64,000 bases of DNA. Origin: Podarcis bocagei (taxonomy: Eukaryota). The first letter of the stretch is position 1. Each line of letters starts with the position of its first letter. Below, one piece after another: positions 12,831 through 25,393 of this stretch. Location of the stretch: NCBI GenBank assembly GCA_964188305.1, contig OZ076893.1; one strand, given 5' to 3'. The notes below the pieces were generated by a model, which made no database searches, was not told the DNA's origin, and saw nothing but the letters and a program-made list of their open reading frames with translations. The translations under genes were made by a program, and so were the position numbers.

Positions 12831-13848
12831 TGCTCAAATCCTGTACAATTTTTCTCATAATGTAGTAGGTAGCTAAATATACCAAATCCCCATGTGTTTA
12901 GAATTAAGGGCAGGTAGTCCAGGTCAAAAGTGTGCATCTGAATATGTATGGGGTAGAGTAAACAATGGCAACAGAAGAGACCTTTGGTGCATGGATACCT
13001 TACTCTTGTTCTTCTGTAGCCTCTCATTGGCTGCATAGCCCTCGTAATTCTGTAGTTGACTTTGCCATTATTGTATAGGACGAACATTTGTTTCCCTTTT
13101 GTTATGTGTATGTTGATTCCCTGGGTATCCTCAATGAAGTGTTCTCAGTAATATTTCTACTGTCTAAATCCACAGGCTGTCTTGTGATATACTAGAAGCA
13201 CCAGTGTTTTCTTATATTGCATTATAAGCACCCCCCTTTTCTGATACGACATCGTTGCCATCTTTTTAAAGATGAAAATGTACAGTAACTTGGCTATGCA
13301 CAACAGTTTAGTAACAGTAGTAGGTCATGGAGCATCTTATTGGAACCACAATGTCGTCATAAGTATTTTACTTCATTACTTTCTTTATTATTATTGATAG
13401 AGTTGGAAAACAAGCAAGGTTCATTGATCCCATATGCACACATTGGATGGTATTCAATGCTGGTCCTACTCAGAGTAGACCCATTGAAGATAGTAAACAC
13501 AACTAACTTAAATTCATTAATTTCAGTGGGTCTGCTGTCCATAGAACTTAGTTGAATACCACTCCTGCTTTGATTGTGGGCTGCTTCTGACTCCTTTTCT
13601 CGATTATTGCTACTTGGATCAAAGTGCCTTTTCCCCATCTATAAGTAAAATATGGGGTGTTTCACTGTGGGTGTCTCCACACTTTCTTAAAAAGAAAAAA
13701 TGTGTGATCTTTATCTTTTTCCATAACCAATCGACATGCTGCAGTTATGAAAAAAAGGAGCTACTGTACTGAGTCAGGACAGTGGTAGCAAACACAATCA
13801 ATACTGAACTTTAGTCTAACTACAGTTTCATTTCTTCTCTTTTAGCAG

Positions 13849-13879
13849 AGGACAGTTATGGCATGGATGGGAAGGCTAA
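13849..13879 (+). CDS. SULF1: SULF1 terminal exon, canonical frame (RGQLWHGWEG*)
   Basis: tttagcag|A GGA CAG TTA TGG CAT GGA TGG GAA GGC TAA; typical Sulf WxGWEG C-terminus. Confidence 0.95.
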
Positions 13880-14639
13880 GTTGCCAATCTTCATGGAAAA
13901 TGTCAACTGGCAAGGACTGGAAGATTTGTACAGTGTGAATGAAAGTTTATATGAAGCCAGAAATGACTACAGACTTGGTCCTAATGACTGGACAAATTAC
14001 TTGAAGGATGTAGATAGAATCTTTGCACTGCTGAACAGTTACTCTGAGCAAAATGGAGGAGCAAAGACTCAGGCTACTTATGCCAGTGGGTACTTGGATG
14101 AATCATCCACACCATTTGCCTTGCTAGATATGAGCTCTGCTGAATCAGACGAAGGTTCAAGTTGGTTGACAGCCCAAGAGGCCCAGCCTATTATGCCTAC
14201 AGATTTGGGGAAACTGGCTTTGAGCGCTATTATGTTAAGCCAGGGGAGCAAACCTGAATTAAGCAATGATATTCCTGCAAACGTGAGTCCAAACCTACCA
14301 CACTGGAATAGTCACCAAGCCGACGCGTGGCTGGAGACCAAAGAACCAGTTCATATTGAGACGGATTTCAGTGGGAATGACTTGACAGAGCTTGAGTCTA
14401 GCCATAGCTTCACCTTACAACCCAGTAACATTCTTCAGAAAGACTCAGCCCAAGACAGTGACTCTGCAGAAGATATTTTTGAAGAGCAGATCTATCTTCC
14501 CATGAATGCAGGGGCAATCCACCAGTTCATCATGGAGCATAAAACTGAGAGGGCGTTGAAAAAAAGGGAACATTTTCCAAATGCTTCACAGCGTCTAAGT
14601 GTAGAAGGCAGTGCCTCATCTCCACTCTCCTCAGTTTAG
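13849..14639 (+). CDS. SULF1: SULF1 terminal exon, alternative frame: 263-aa acidic C-terminal extension used if the 34-nt exon is skipped
   Basis: Joining 8526 to 13849 gives G|AG GAC AGT TAT GGC ATG..., in frame with the 258-aa ORF 13863-14639 (stop TAG 14637-14639). This is the longest ORF in the window and lies in non-repetitive, moderately AT-rich DNA. Confidence 0.75.
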
Positions 14640-16479
14640 ATTGTGGTAAACCACACATTCTTTCTTCTTTATTAATTAGTTGGCAAATAGTAGTAGTTAT
14701 GACAACTGACATTCCAAATTTTGCTACTGTTAACTTTTTTTAGCAAAATGAGACCATGATATGTGCTCTGCATACACATACACAAACTCTTAAAGTGTAA
14801 CTGAAGGAGCCAGAGTTCCAGTGTTAAAAAGAAAGTCACATTGCAGTGATACCCTGATTTTCTGCAGTATAAAGGCATCTGCAAATTAGTCTTTTGAGTC
14901 ATTTGTCTTCTTGTTCCGCAAATGGCTCACCACAAATGAATGTTTCTGTCCACTTAAGCTCCCTGAATCATGGTTTTTTTTAATTAACCACTGAAATTTC
15001 ATACTGATAAGAGTAAAATTATATTGCACTTTTATAATCTGTGTGCCATAGCCTTTATTAATCTGGTACATGTTCTTAGTTTTGCTAAATAGTGTGTAAT
15101 TGCAACAAAATAAAGTAGGTTGGTAGCAAAAGCGATATGCAGCATGGATTATGAAAACCAATTATCTGAACATTGAGCAGAAAGCAATGTTTGGTTTTAA
15201 GCCTCTATGCTCAAATTGATTTTATGGTAATTTTTCTCAGAAAGAAGCAGCTAACAAAAGATGTAATAGAGAAGGTGTTATATTTTCAGATTTCAATGTA
15301 TAAGGAAACTAATAAGTAATTAAGGTTTTCAAATTTTCGATTTCTTTTGCTTGAAAGGAAGCTTAATTTTCATTAGGCAAAGACAAGCCTTGATGTGCTC
15401 GGAAACTACTCAGATAAGTTTTAAACGGGGGAGGCTAATCTGTGGTCTGTCATATGTTACTGGACTCCAACTCTCATCAGTCCCAGCCAACATGGCCAAG
15501 GGTCAGAGATGTTGTGTGGTGAAGTCCAAATCTGGAGGCCATGGGTCAGCTACCTCTGTTTGTAACTGAACTCTCATCCAAAGAAGGGGACTGGTGTATG
15601 CAAAAATGTGCCTATACAAATATGCCATTGGCAGTGTTTCATACCAGCATGTTCAGTAAGCATTTTTTATGCAGGGTATAGTGGAGAGTCACTCAGATTT
15701 TTACTCATCCCAATGGGAGACTACACAACTGTGAGGCCTTCTCTCTATGTAGTCATATGAATGCTGGATTATAGCCATACATCTTAATGCAGAGGCTTCT
15801 CAAACACAGGAAATCTCCAAGGTGCATGTGGAATAGACAAGGGCTTCTCCAGTGACTTCGAAAAGACGGAAAAGCACCATCTCCCATACGACCCCCATTA
15901 CTTAATAGATTGGACTGCTTTAGAACAAAACAGTTGAATGCAAAAATTGGTAACCATAGATTTAGAAGACGCGGAAGGTACGTAACTGCAGACAAACTCT
16001 TGAGTATAAGTTCGTTGCTTGATTTTGCCAAACATTTTTAGAGGTTCTTTTGAACCACAACATTTAAATTATAAAATAGAGCAAAGCGGTATTTCTGTGT
16101 TATTTGATCTATAGGAGAGTACATGTCTTTATGTGTGGTAATGGAAATAGGGGTTTAAAAACTATTTGTTTTAAATAACACAGGTTAAAATTGACAATTG
16201 TGTGTTCCTGGTGCTCAGTAGGCTTTTTAATAATTTTCAGGAAAAGCTTGTGATGGACTCTGTAAAGTTGTTGACATTAACTAGGTGTTTAATCATGTGT
16301 GTGTCATGAGCGGAATGACCGAACAAACGTATTTATGGGCATGAATGATGCTGTTTGTATATAGAGTGTCCATTATTAGACTTTAAGCTGTGTTCTTGTA
16401 AAAAAAATAATTATATATTCTGCAATACTTTTATAGAACAATTCTGACTTCGGTGAAGTCTAGAAGCAATATTTCTTGA

Positions 16480-16485
16480 AATAAA
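16480..16485 (+). terminator. SULF1: Probable SULF1 distal polyadenylation signal AATAAA
   Basis: AATAAA at the end of an AT-rich UTR-like block (..CTAGAAGCAATATTTCTTGAAATAAA) that resembles my recollection of the mammalian SULF1 3' end. A proximal AATAAA also lies at 15109-15114. Confidence 0.6.
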
Positions 16486-17896
16486 GAGTTCCTGTACCTG
16501 TTTCATAGTAAAAAAAAATATTGAGTGAAACCAAAGATTCATAAGGCTAACGTAGTAAATGTTTCCATACTTTCAAACGTCAGTTACTGAAGACAATTAA
16601 TTAAGTAAACTTTACATTGGTGTTGAGGTAAGCTAATGGTGAAGACCACTCACTATGCTCAGTTGTGAGTTGGACACTTTTACTGTATGTTTATGGGCTA
16701 TAGTTACACAGTAATAGTATAATTTGTAGATTGCCAATTTAGTTAAAGTATTATGAAATCTCTAATAACATCTACTGATGACAAGGTAGGTTTAAAATTG
16801 GGATTCCATCTTATATTCCAGCATAGCCGACCAAAATCTGTAAATTTGATAACTAGGTTTATGCAGATTTGAGTTAATTCTATGTGGGACTTCTAAATAA
16901 CCATTTTAAATAACCATTCAGTGTTTCTATAGAATCCTAGTTGGATAGAACAATAAAAACAACTAGTTTCGATTGTGGTAGAAAAGTCTGCCACTATTTA
17001 GGACTGGAATAAACTCAGTAGTGTGAGACAGGCTAGCAACGAAGGCATCAATTATTTCAATTTTCACTCTTACAGCTACTAAATAATATAGGACATTTGT
17101 GTCACATGCCTCAGACGGCAGAAAATTGCTTGCTGTTCCTTACCAGCCATTGGATGTCACTGTGACACTACGGAACAACCTGCTCTGCTGCAATACACAC
17201 ACAGCCTCTGCAAATATGTGGGCATCTTTCCTAATATTTTTAAATAGTCAAAACCACCAGCATAATGAAGTCTGGTGGCCCTGATCTCTGCATTTTATAA
17301 ACTAGTAGGTTGGGTGTTTTTGTTTTTGTTTTGTTATTTAGGTAACAGTTCCACATTGCACCTACTGATGACAGAAATTTATGTGGAGTTTAATCACTCA
17401 GCAAAGGGGGGGGGGACTCATTGAAATTGAGTTTCACATTTTGTAATGCATCAGTTCCTGAACAAGCACAATTCCCAAAAACATCTGCATCAATCAACTT
17501 CACTAGATAAGAGCACATAGATATAATTTAGATGGGCAGATGAAAGCAATGCGGTGGGGAGTGGCACCTGTACTTTACTCATTTGACAATTATACATAAT
17601 TCCAAGTGGTAAGGGGCTGGAGGAGGAACTCCCCCCCCCCCAAAAAAATAGAGCCTTTATAATAGCTAGAAATTTTCATCACTAACCCCTTATTGTTCTG
17701 TATATGCTTAGACTTTGCCATTCTAGAGAAGGGGGTAGGGAACCTGTGACTCACCACATGGCGTGCCTCCCATCTGCCCCACCAGTCTCAGTGGGCACCA
17801 GCCAGCCACCTACTGCTCCATCCTGCAACTGAGATCCGCAAACCCACACATTCAAGGTTGAGAATGTACAGCAACAAAACACACTGAGAAGCCATT

Positions 17897-17902
17897 TTTA
17901 TT
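17897..17902 (-). terminator. SLCO5A1: Probable SLCO5A1 distal polyadenylation signal
   Basis: Minus strand reads AATAAA..TTCTCA then a GU-rich element GTGTGTTTTGTTG. A second AATAAA at 17971-17976 and a proximal one at 21572-21577. Confidence 0.55.
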
Positions 17903-20900
17903 TCAAAATGTTGAAGTATCCAAGGGGTTCACTTGCAAAGAGATGTTTACAACAAATTTTGCCCATAATGTTTATTTTACAGGAACTTGCACATAGGTTT
18001 GGAAAACTCTTATTTGTTCCATGGACGTCTTAGTAAAAATCTTCACTAAAAAGAAACCTACTGTATCCATCAAATTGCATTTTTGTTACCACAGGCACAG
18101 TAGCTAAACACTTTCCCATTGGACACATTAAAAAAACAAACCATTTATGCAGTATAATCTTTTTAACTAGCTTGCTCCCTTGATTAATACCATTTTCTTT
18201 TCAGGAACACGGTTTAGCACTACGGAAATGGGTCTCAATGAGTCCAAGTGAAGCTTATTGCCCCTTCCCCATGTTTCATTTTTAAAGAGTTTTGATTTAG
18301 CATAACAATTTAGTTTGAGCCAGGAATCTTGGGTTTAAAACAAAACCAGCATCATAATCCATGGTTTGTAGCCGGCTTATGATGAAACTTTTCAGAATTT
18401 AAAAATGAAACAAGGGGAGGAGAGGGGCACACCATTGCATGCAAGTACAACCAGTGGCAAAGTCCCTTTTGCCTGGAAGAGAGAGAAGTAGCCAAGTATT
18501 TAAAAAGCTAACAACGATTGAAAATTGCATATTTTTGAAGTATTTCTAATTAAGTAATCCCTACAATTTTTCTCTCATGTAGAATTACTACATATTTCCA
18601 GTAAGCCTCAAAAATATGTGGTTACTGCACAGCTTTGCTAACTGCTCTGTTCAGCAGTAGAGTACTACCTTTTTTAAAGTTCAGAAGCCAAAAGGCATAG
18701 TTTGACTGTCTCCACTGACACTATCGCCATGTTCATTCAGTATTAACCTGACCAAATGATTGTGGGGGCTTATTTAGAAGGAAAACTTGCCTATCACATC
18801 TGTTTAGCAAAACTGAAGCACGGTGTCTTTACTATCGTTTTCCTGAACCTTACATTTTCAGATCAACAGAGAACGAGTAACAGTCGATTTTTCATGCCTA
18901 AAGTACCTAAAGATATTGGTTTAAATTTTGTACTACTTCAGGCAAGCAACCAACATGTGGAGCAGAAGTGTGTGCCCAACCTACCAATAATTATGTGCAC
19001 TTTTGTAGACAACAATGAGAATTTCAGAAGGCAAGCACATGCAGCTATTTAAACTTGTATGAAATATTCTCATGCCAGAGAAAGAATTACTTCATCACAT
19101 TAGCACCAGGGCAGTATGTATCTAGTTCAAAAGGTAATCCAGTTGCATCTTTCATTATTTTCTCTACTAAAAGGGGGTGGGGAGCTTTGGAAGTGTTCAG
19201 TCACAGCACTCCTAGAACAAGTCCTGGCCTTACACCCTGTGTTTTATGACAATGTATTGCAGGATACAAGAGTAGTAACACACACTATAAATACATAAAT
19301 GACACAATGATCTGAAATAAATAAGCTCAGACTAATGCAGTACGTTGGAGGCAACTTTGGATAACATTTCAGATTTCAAGGGTGTAAAACCAACACTGAT
19401 AATTGTAGATAGAAGAACTTGAAGATTTTGAGGCAATATTAGGTTTGTATAAATATGCTTAATGCTACAACTATAAACATGTATTTACATTAATATTTAT
19501 GGCTGTCTACTTCCATTTACACTATATACAATGTTATCAAAATATTTTGAACTTAAAACACTGTTGGAGAGGGGGAAACCTTCAATTGAAGTATTACATT
19601 GCTCCCCTAAAAGAGTTGTCCCCCTTCTTCCACATCTGAAAGGGGTGGCATCAAAGAAGACCAATAAAGGAACAGCAATGTGAAGCAATTAAGTTGCATG
19701 ACCAGACCTCCTGCTACCGCTTTCAACAATCACAGTGACAGTGAAGGTCTCTTGACCATGAATCTTCACAGACATGCACACCACTTGGAAAATGCTGACT
19801 GAAGGGCAATTTATCCTTTGACTTGAAATCTGCATTTTCAACACATTTCCTTGAAATAGGGGGCTACTGCTAGTTCATATGCAACCCTGGCTCCCTGCAA
19901 ACCACAAAATCAGGAGCCAGCTTCATGAACATGAGTGCCTCCTTCTTAACTTTTCAGAACCACAGTGCCACTGATAATCCATTGCCATCACTAACTATGC
20001 TTCCACGTTACATGTTCATCAACGCAAACTGGGTTTTGAAGATCCGCACTGCATATGCACACTGCCATAGCAACCACTAACATCATTTATATGCACATTA
20101 CCTCACATGCTTCTCTCTCTCTCTCACACAGTATTTCCCTTAATGCTTTCTTCTGCTAGAAATGTGGCCTGAAACATTTGTCCTTTTCATATTTCCTCTT
20201 TGTAATGCCTAGAACCGCTGACAACTGCATCTGCAATGTGGGATTACGACATCCCACTGCATGTACAGAATTCCCTATACAGCTCTTTAACTGTAAGAAG
20301 GAAAACCATCACAACAGAAATCCTTCATGACTTCAAATACCTTGATACAATACACAGCACAGCCTGTAGTACTTCCAAGACATAAACAACAATCTCAGTG
20401 AACACTCAGAAGCCTTTTTCATCTCGCTGGGAATATACTACATCGACTATCTGGGAATTACACCCCAACAAAAATGAATGCATAACAAAAGAAATTTGAT
20501 AAATTTAAATCGAACAAGAAAACCTGGAACTTTGGATCAAACTATATACAACACTTAGCTGTGTGTTCTTTCCATCAACAGTTTTAAAATATATAAAGTA
20601 AAAAACAAAAAAACAAACCCAAGTTAAATGGAGGAGGAGCAGGCACAGCTCCTTAACTCTTCCTTCTTGCTATATGCCCACTCAGAAATCCACTGCCTTT
20701 CCAAGCTATTGCCCCACCTATCAGGAAAAGACAAGAGGGAGAATAGCATGAAAGAAGCTGAAGGGTGTAATCTTTGAGTAAACATGGGAAAGCATTAAGC
20801 ATCTTGTCCTTGTGACAGTGCTCTACTCTAGACTACCTCTGGTTGGTTGGCACACAAAAAACCACCCAACTGTAAGATGGAATAATCACACAACTATTAT

Positions 20901-22094
20901 ATATGTAGCTTTTGAATCTCTGTTTCTCCATACCTAGGAACCTATGTACACATGTATCCTCTAATACTGCAGCAAGGGGAGATCAGCTCTGGCTGTCCTA
21001 CAGCCAAGCATCACTTGCCCAACAATTCACCCTTGGGGAATTGGAAAGAATTCAGTGCGCGTTACAGCAGGCCACATGGCAAAAACAGGCATTTAATTGC
21101 ACTATCACATACTCAGAATGACACTTGGTGCATGATGAGATATGTGAATGGCGATCTGTTCATTTGACAAAATAAGCAAACCACTGTGCAATTCCACCAG
21201 CTTTAATTAACGTGAGATTCTTCTCAAATTGCCACAACCTCAAAAGGTCATCCTTTTTGTGTGTGTCCATTCATTCTAAGATAGCTTGGGTGTGGAATTG
21301 GTGAAAGCAGTATTAGAGTATCTGTGGCAGATTATCTCCTTGTTGCAAGAATATACAAATACCGAGCTGCTCTTTATGCACATATTTTAAACGCTTTAAT
21401 ATTACTACGGATTAATACTAAAATTACTGGTGGTTATAATTCTCTGCGCTAAACTAAAAAATACTACATCATCATGCTAGAATTAAATGAATTGAACAGG
21501 CTTAAACTACTATGCCTTAGACTTTCAGACCATACCCAGTGTATTTAACTGTTCTATGGTTTCAAGTACTCTTTATTTAAAATATAACAAAAATGCCCTC
21601 TTTTCTAATTCAGATGATTTGAGAAATTTTGAGGGAAAATAGATACACAGAACAAAAAAGTTATCCAATCCAAGTTGCATAGCTGAGACTGGTTTTAGTT
21701 GTGCTTTGAAACAGAAGTCAAAATAAATACTTACTCCTCCCCGGTCCAGGAGTTGTGGATGCATTACCTTACTTGTTTTGTAACTCTGGATATTCATTTC
21801 TGTCAATCTTGAGTTCTGCCTTTTGTAACACTTGCCTGGAACTTGGGGATTTAACAGACACAGCTGAAATACTTACAAACATGTTTTAAAACTCCCTTCC
21901 CAAAAAGGGAAGAAAGAGCTACCTGGGTTGTTTTGAGGTTTCCAGCCCTCAGATAGGTCATGGCTCTGTGCATTAAGCTTTGTTGGTTTGTTATCTGTTG
22001 CAGATCAGGTTAAGAAAAAGAAGGCACGGGTGTTTCCAAAGGCCCCATACTTAAAAACTGACCAACAAACCAAATTTGAGGTTAGCAAAGGGCT

Positions 22095-22552
22095 CTATAT
22101 CTCAGGAGTGGGTACTTCTGAAGCCTTTTCATCTGGGGCATTTATTGCTTCTGTAAGGGGGCCAGGATAGGTCTGCGCTATGTAATGCATCCCTAGTGAC
22201 GGACCAGCATCTTCAGTATGTTCGCCTTGAGAGCTAAACGTGGGGCAGGATCTAGTCCGTGCATAGTTTTGCTGAGCTCCGGTGTTCCCCACCACCTCAC
22301 TCACTGTGTTGATAGATGAGCCCCTCCACATCTGCCTTTGCAGCTTCTCTTCTTTGTATTTAATGGAGTACCAGGCCAGGAAAATGAACAGGAATCCAAC
22401 ACATTTTAGGCCAGCAGCCAGACCAAAGTAGACGAAACGAAACGACGTCACATCATATTCCCAACATGAGCCTTGCACACCACATTCCTGTTGCCACAGC
22501 ATGCAGGTCGTGTCAATGACAGCTCCAAAATAAATTGGAGTGGGAATGTATG
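22095..22552 (-). CDS. SLCO5A1: SLCO5A1 (OATP5A1) last coding exon (AYIPTPIYFGAVIDTTCMLWQQECG...PTPEI*)
   Basis: OATP TM11-TM12 motif PIYFGAVID..C..W...CG..GSC; acceptor at 22553-22554; stop TAG 22095-22097. Confidence 0.96.
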
Positions 22553-22878
22553 CTGAAATAAACAGGAAGATTAAGATTAATTGACTCCAAGATTAAAACA
22601 GTTAATATACAATTGCATAATAAAACCGGTTTGCTTTGCAAAGGCCAAAATACTTTGCAAAGAACTACACATACCTAAAGTTTAAGAAGGGGCAAAAGAT
22701 CTTGTGGATGATATTTACCAGTAAGTGGGTTCAAATGTAGCAAAGCAACTTACTCAACTGGGTTCCAAGCCAAAACTAGTGTCTCAAATTTAACTCCATC
22801 CAATTACGTATTTTTGCAATAATTTTCCTAAATAATATGATCTGAAACAATAAGTTACCCCTACATGACTACACTTAC

Positions 22879-22943
22879 CAAGGGTTCTTAATAAAACAAA
22901 TTGCATCCCAAGTGCAAAAGGCCTCTCACCATCTTCCACAGAC
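22879..22943 (-). CDS. SLCO5A1: SLCO5A1 65-nt exon (SVEDGERPFALGMQFVLLRTL)
   Basis: Found by manual reverse translation (absent from the ORF track): tttttag|G TCT GTG ... CTT G|gtaagt; phases fit both neighbours. Confidence 0.95.
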
Positions 22944-23448
22944 CTAAAAAAGACACATGGTATTTTAAAGCCTTAAACTGCAAGGCATATTTAGTAATAC
23001 CTTCAATTTCTCTTAATTAAAAAAAAATCCTTATTGAGAAGAAGTTGAGAGTGTGAGTCCACTTATAGTATACCAAAAAAAGCATTCACAGAGTTAAGTG
23101 CAAACAAGGCAGTTAATAGACTCAAATCCAAAGGTTCACATAAAGTAATTTTAAGTGACAAAGCAAACTAAAAAGCTTTGCATCCTGATTGAATCAACTC
23201 TTTTATCGGGCTTTGTTTTCTATCCCCATTAAATTGCTTCTCCACCCTACTTTGGAGAGCTCAGGGCAAACAAGAATTTGGAAGCCAAAGGCAGCAAAGG
23301 ACTCACTTTGGTTTCCTCTGTGATATCTGTATTCCTTTTATGACTTTTATTCTGTTTCTACTAAATTGTATCATTTGATGAATGTAATAAATGGACTGAA
23401 TTTATCCAGAAAGAAAAGTAGCTTCCATGCTACTTCTAGGACCTAGGT

Positions 23449-23941
23449 CAGGGGTCTGCAACCTTTAAGACAAAAAGAGCCACTTGGACCCGTTTCCGAA
23501 GAAAAAAAAAACTGGGAGCCGCAAAACTCGTCATTATAAAAATAACTTTTGTCACTTTTTTATTATTTCTTTGTTTGACCCCTCACAGAATTACTCCTCC
23601 TCATAGAAATAAATGTTAAATTAACAAGTTACCTTTTTTGTGTGTGTGTGTTCTTCACTCCCCTTCAAAACAGTGACCAGCGTACATGCCCCCTTTCAAT
23701 GCAGTGACCAGTGTACATGCCCCTTACAATGTAGCGGGCGGGTGGGAAGGTGACGTCGGGACGGTGCGTGACTAACACACGCCGCCCCCATGCGACGTCA
23801 CAGCCAGTACAGCGCCCGCCACAGTGGGGAGTGTCGGGGCGCACAATGCGCCTCCTCCCCTCGCTAGTATCCATCCCGGAGCCGCGGCAAAGGTGTAAAA
23901 GAGCCACATGCGGCTCCAGAGCCGCGGGTTGCAGACCCCTG
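23449..23941. mobile_element. Young non-autonomous hAT DNA transposon
   Basis: Perfect 15-bp TIR CAGGGGTCTGCAACC, perfect 8-bp TSD ACCTAGGT (23441-23448 / 23942-23949), CpGs retained. Confidence 0.93.
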
Positions 23942-24365
23942 ACCTAGGTCATCTTAGAAGTATTGTGTCATGCCAGCTGAGAAGATCACAGATCATCTTC
24001 ACCACTTCTTCAACCCATTAAAATTATTTTTTTAAAAAGGAGTTCACCATATACATTCCGAACTAGTGAGGTCAAATAAAGCAGCGGATCCACTTCTTCC
24101 CAACTGAATCCCCTCCTAGATTGTTTATTAAGTGGTTTCATCTGCAATGGCCCACTCCTACTGTGTCCCTCTCTCACACTTTATCTTCAAGTGCCTCTGT
24201 GAACTGGGTGCATATAACTAAAATATATCAAAGGGGTCACCTTGATATCTATTATCAGATAAATGAGGATAAGGCATATCCTGCTGAAGATGACACAGAC
24301 CCCCAGAACCTGGTAACAGCATGCTATCCCTCTAATAAAACTGTAATAATTCAGGCACCTCTCAC

Positions 24366-24607
24366 CTGAGTGTTACTATGATTGCTGATGGCTGGGCACA
24401 TGCTGTGATGAGCGTAACAATGAAGAGAAAAATGAGGAATGGAATGAGTGTATTGCAGGTTCGATTACACTTCCCAGACACAGCATAACCATTCTCATTG
24501 AGATATGTTTTGACGATCACCACTCTCAGCTGACTGCGCTGTCCAACTGTCGGTGGTGTAATAACTTGTCTGCTTTGGACACAGGCACATTCTGTATAAT
24601 TTCTTAT
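24366..24607 (-). CDS. SLCO5A1: SLCO5A1 exon (IRNYTECACVQSRQ...CAQPSAIIVTLR)
   Basis: ccacag|ATA ... CTC AG|gtgag; end of the extracellular Cys-rich loop and TM10. Confidence 0.96.
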
Positions 24608-24940
24608 CTGTGGAACATCAAAGACAAGGAGCATCAAATGCCAAGGTTTCTTGTTTGTATTTTATGCTTCCATTGAATTGGCACAATACGCTAGCTAGGG
24701 GGAAAGTGAAAGTGACTTATTGATCTTATGTTGTCTTATAAAGCGAAGGAAGGGGCCAGGTATTTATAGGAAAGAATCAGTGTAAATGATTAAGCACTCC
24801 CCCCTTCCACCCCCTACTCTCCTAAAAAGCACCACCTGCACACACCTGTTACCTACACAAATGCAGGTTTGGAACGTGTGCTTGCAGAGGTAAATTGGAG
24901 TTCCATCCTATATAATCATGCAGTTCCTTGTGGGCTAGGA

Positions 24941-25254
24941 CAAGGTTCCCAAACTGGTCTGTGGACCACACGTGATCAGCAAGCTTCATTTGTGTGGTCT
25001 GTGGCATGCCTGCATTAAATACTCATTTTGATTTTTAACTGTATTTTTACAGCACTTATTGCTTATATGGAATTCAAATTGTAATGCAATAAAATAAAAT
25101 CCAATAAATAAAAGGAGCAATAGAAATGCAGGCAGCATCCAGCACAGCCCATTACAATTGCCACAACAAGCAGGAAAACCACTGAGTGTTCGGTCCTCCA
25201 AGACCCTCAACATTTTTTAAGAGCTCCATGAGGGGAAAAGTTTGGGAAATACTG
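24941..25254. mobile_element. Older hAT (Charlie/Buster-like) MITE
   Basis: Imperfect TIR CAAGGTTCCCAAACT / AGTTTGGGAAATACTG; TSD GGCTAGGA / GGCTAGAA. Confidence 0.75.
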
Positions 25255-25393
25255 GGCTAGAAGTAATGAGCTGCTAAAGACATTAGAGTCTAAGAGAAGT
25301 CAGTGCAGAAATCAAGGCAAAAGAAGTTAGTTCTTTAAACACACTATGGTGGGTCTGGCAGGAGAGGTTAGGACGAAGTAGAATTATGTAATA

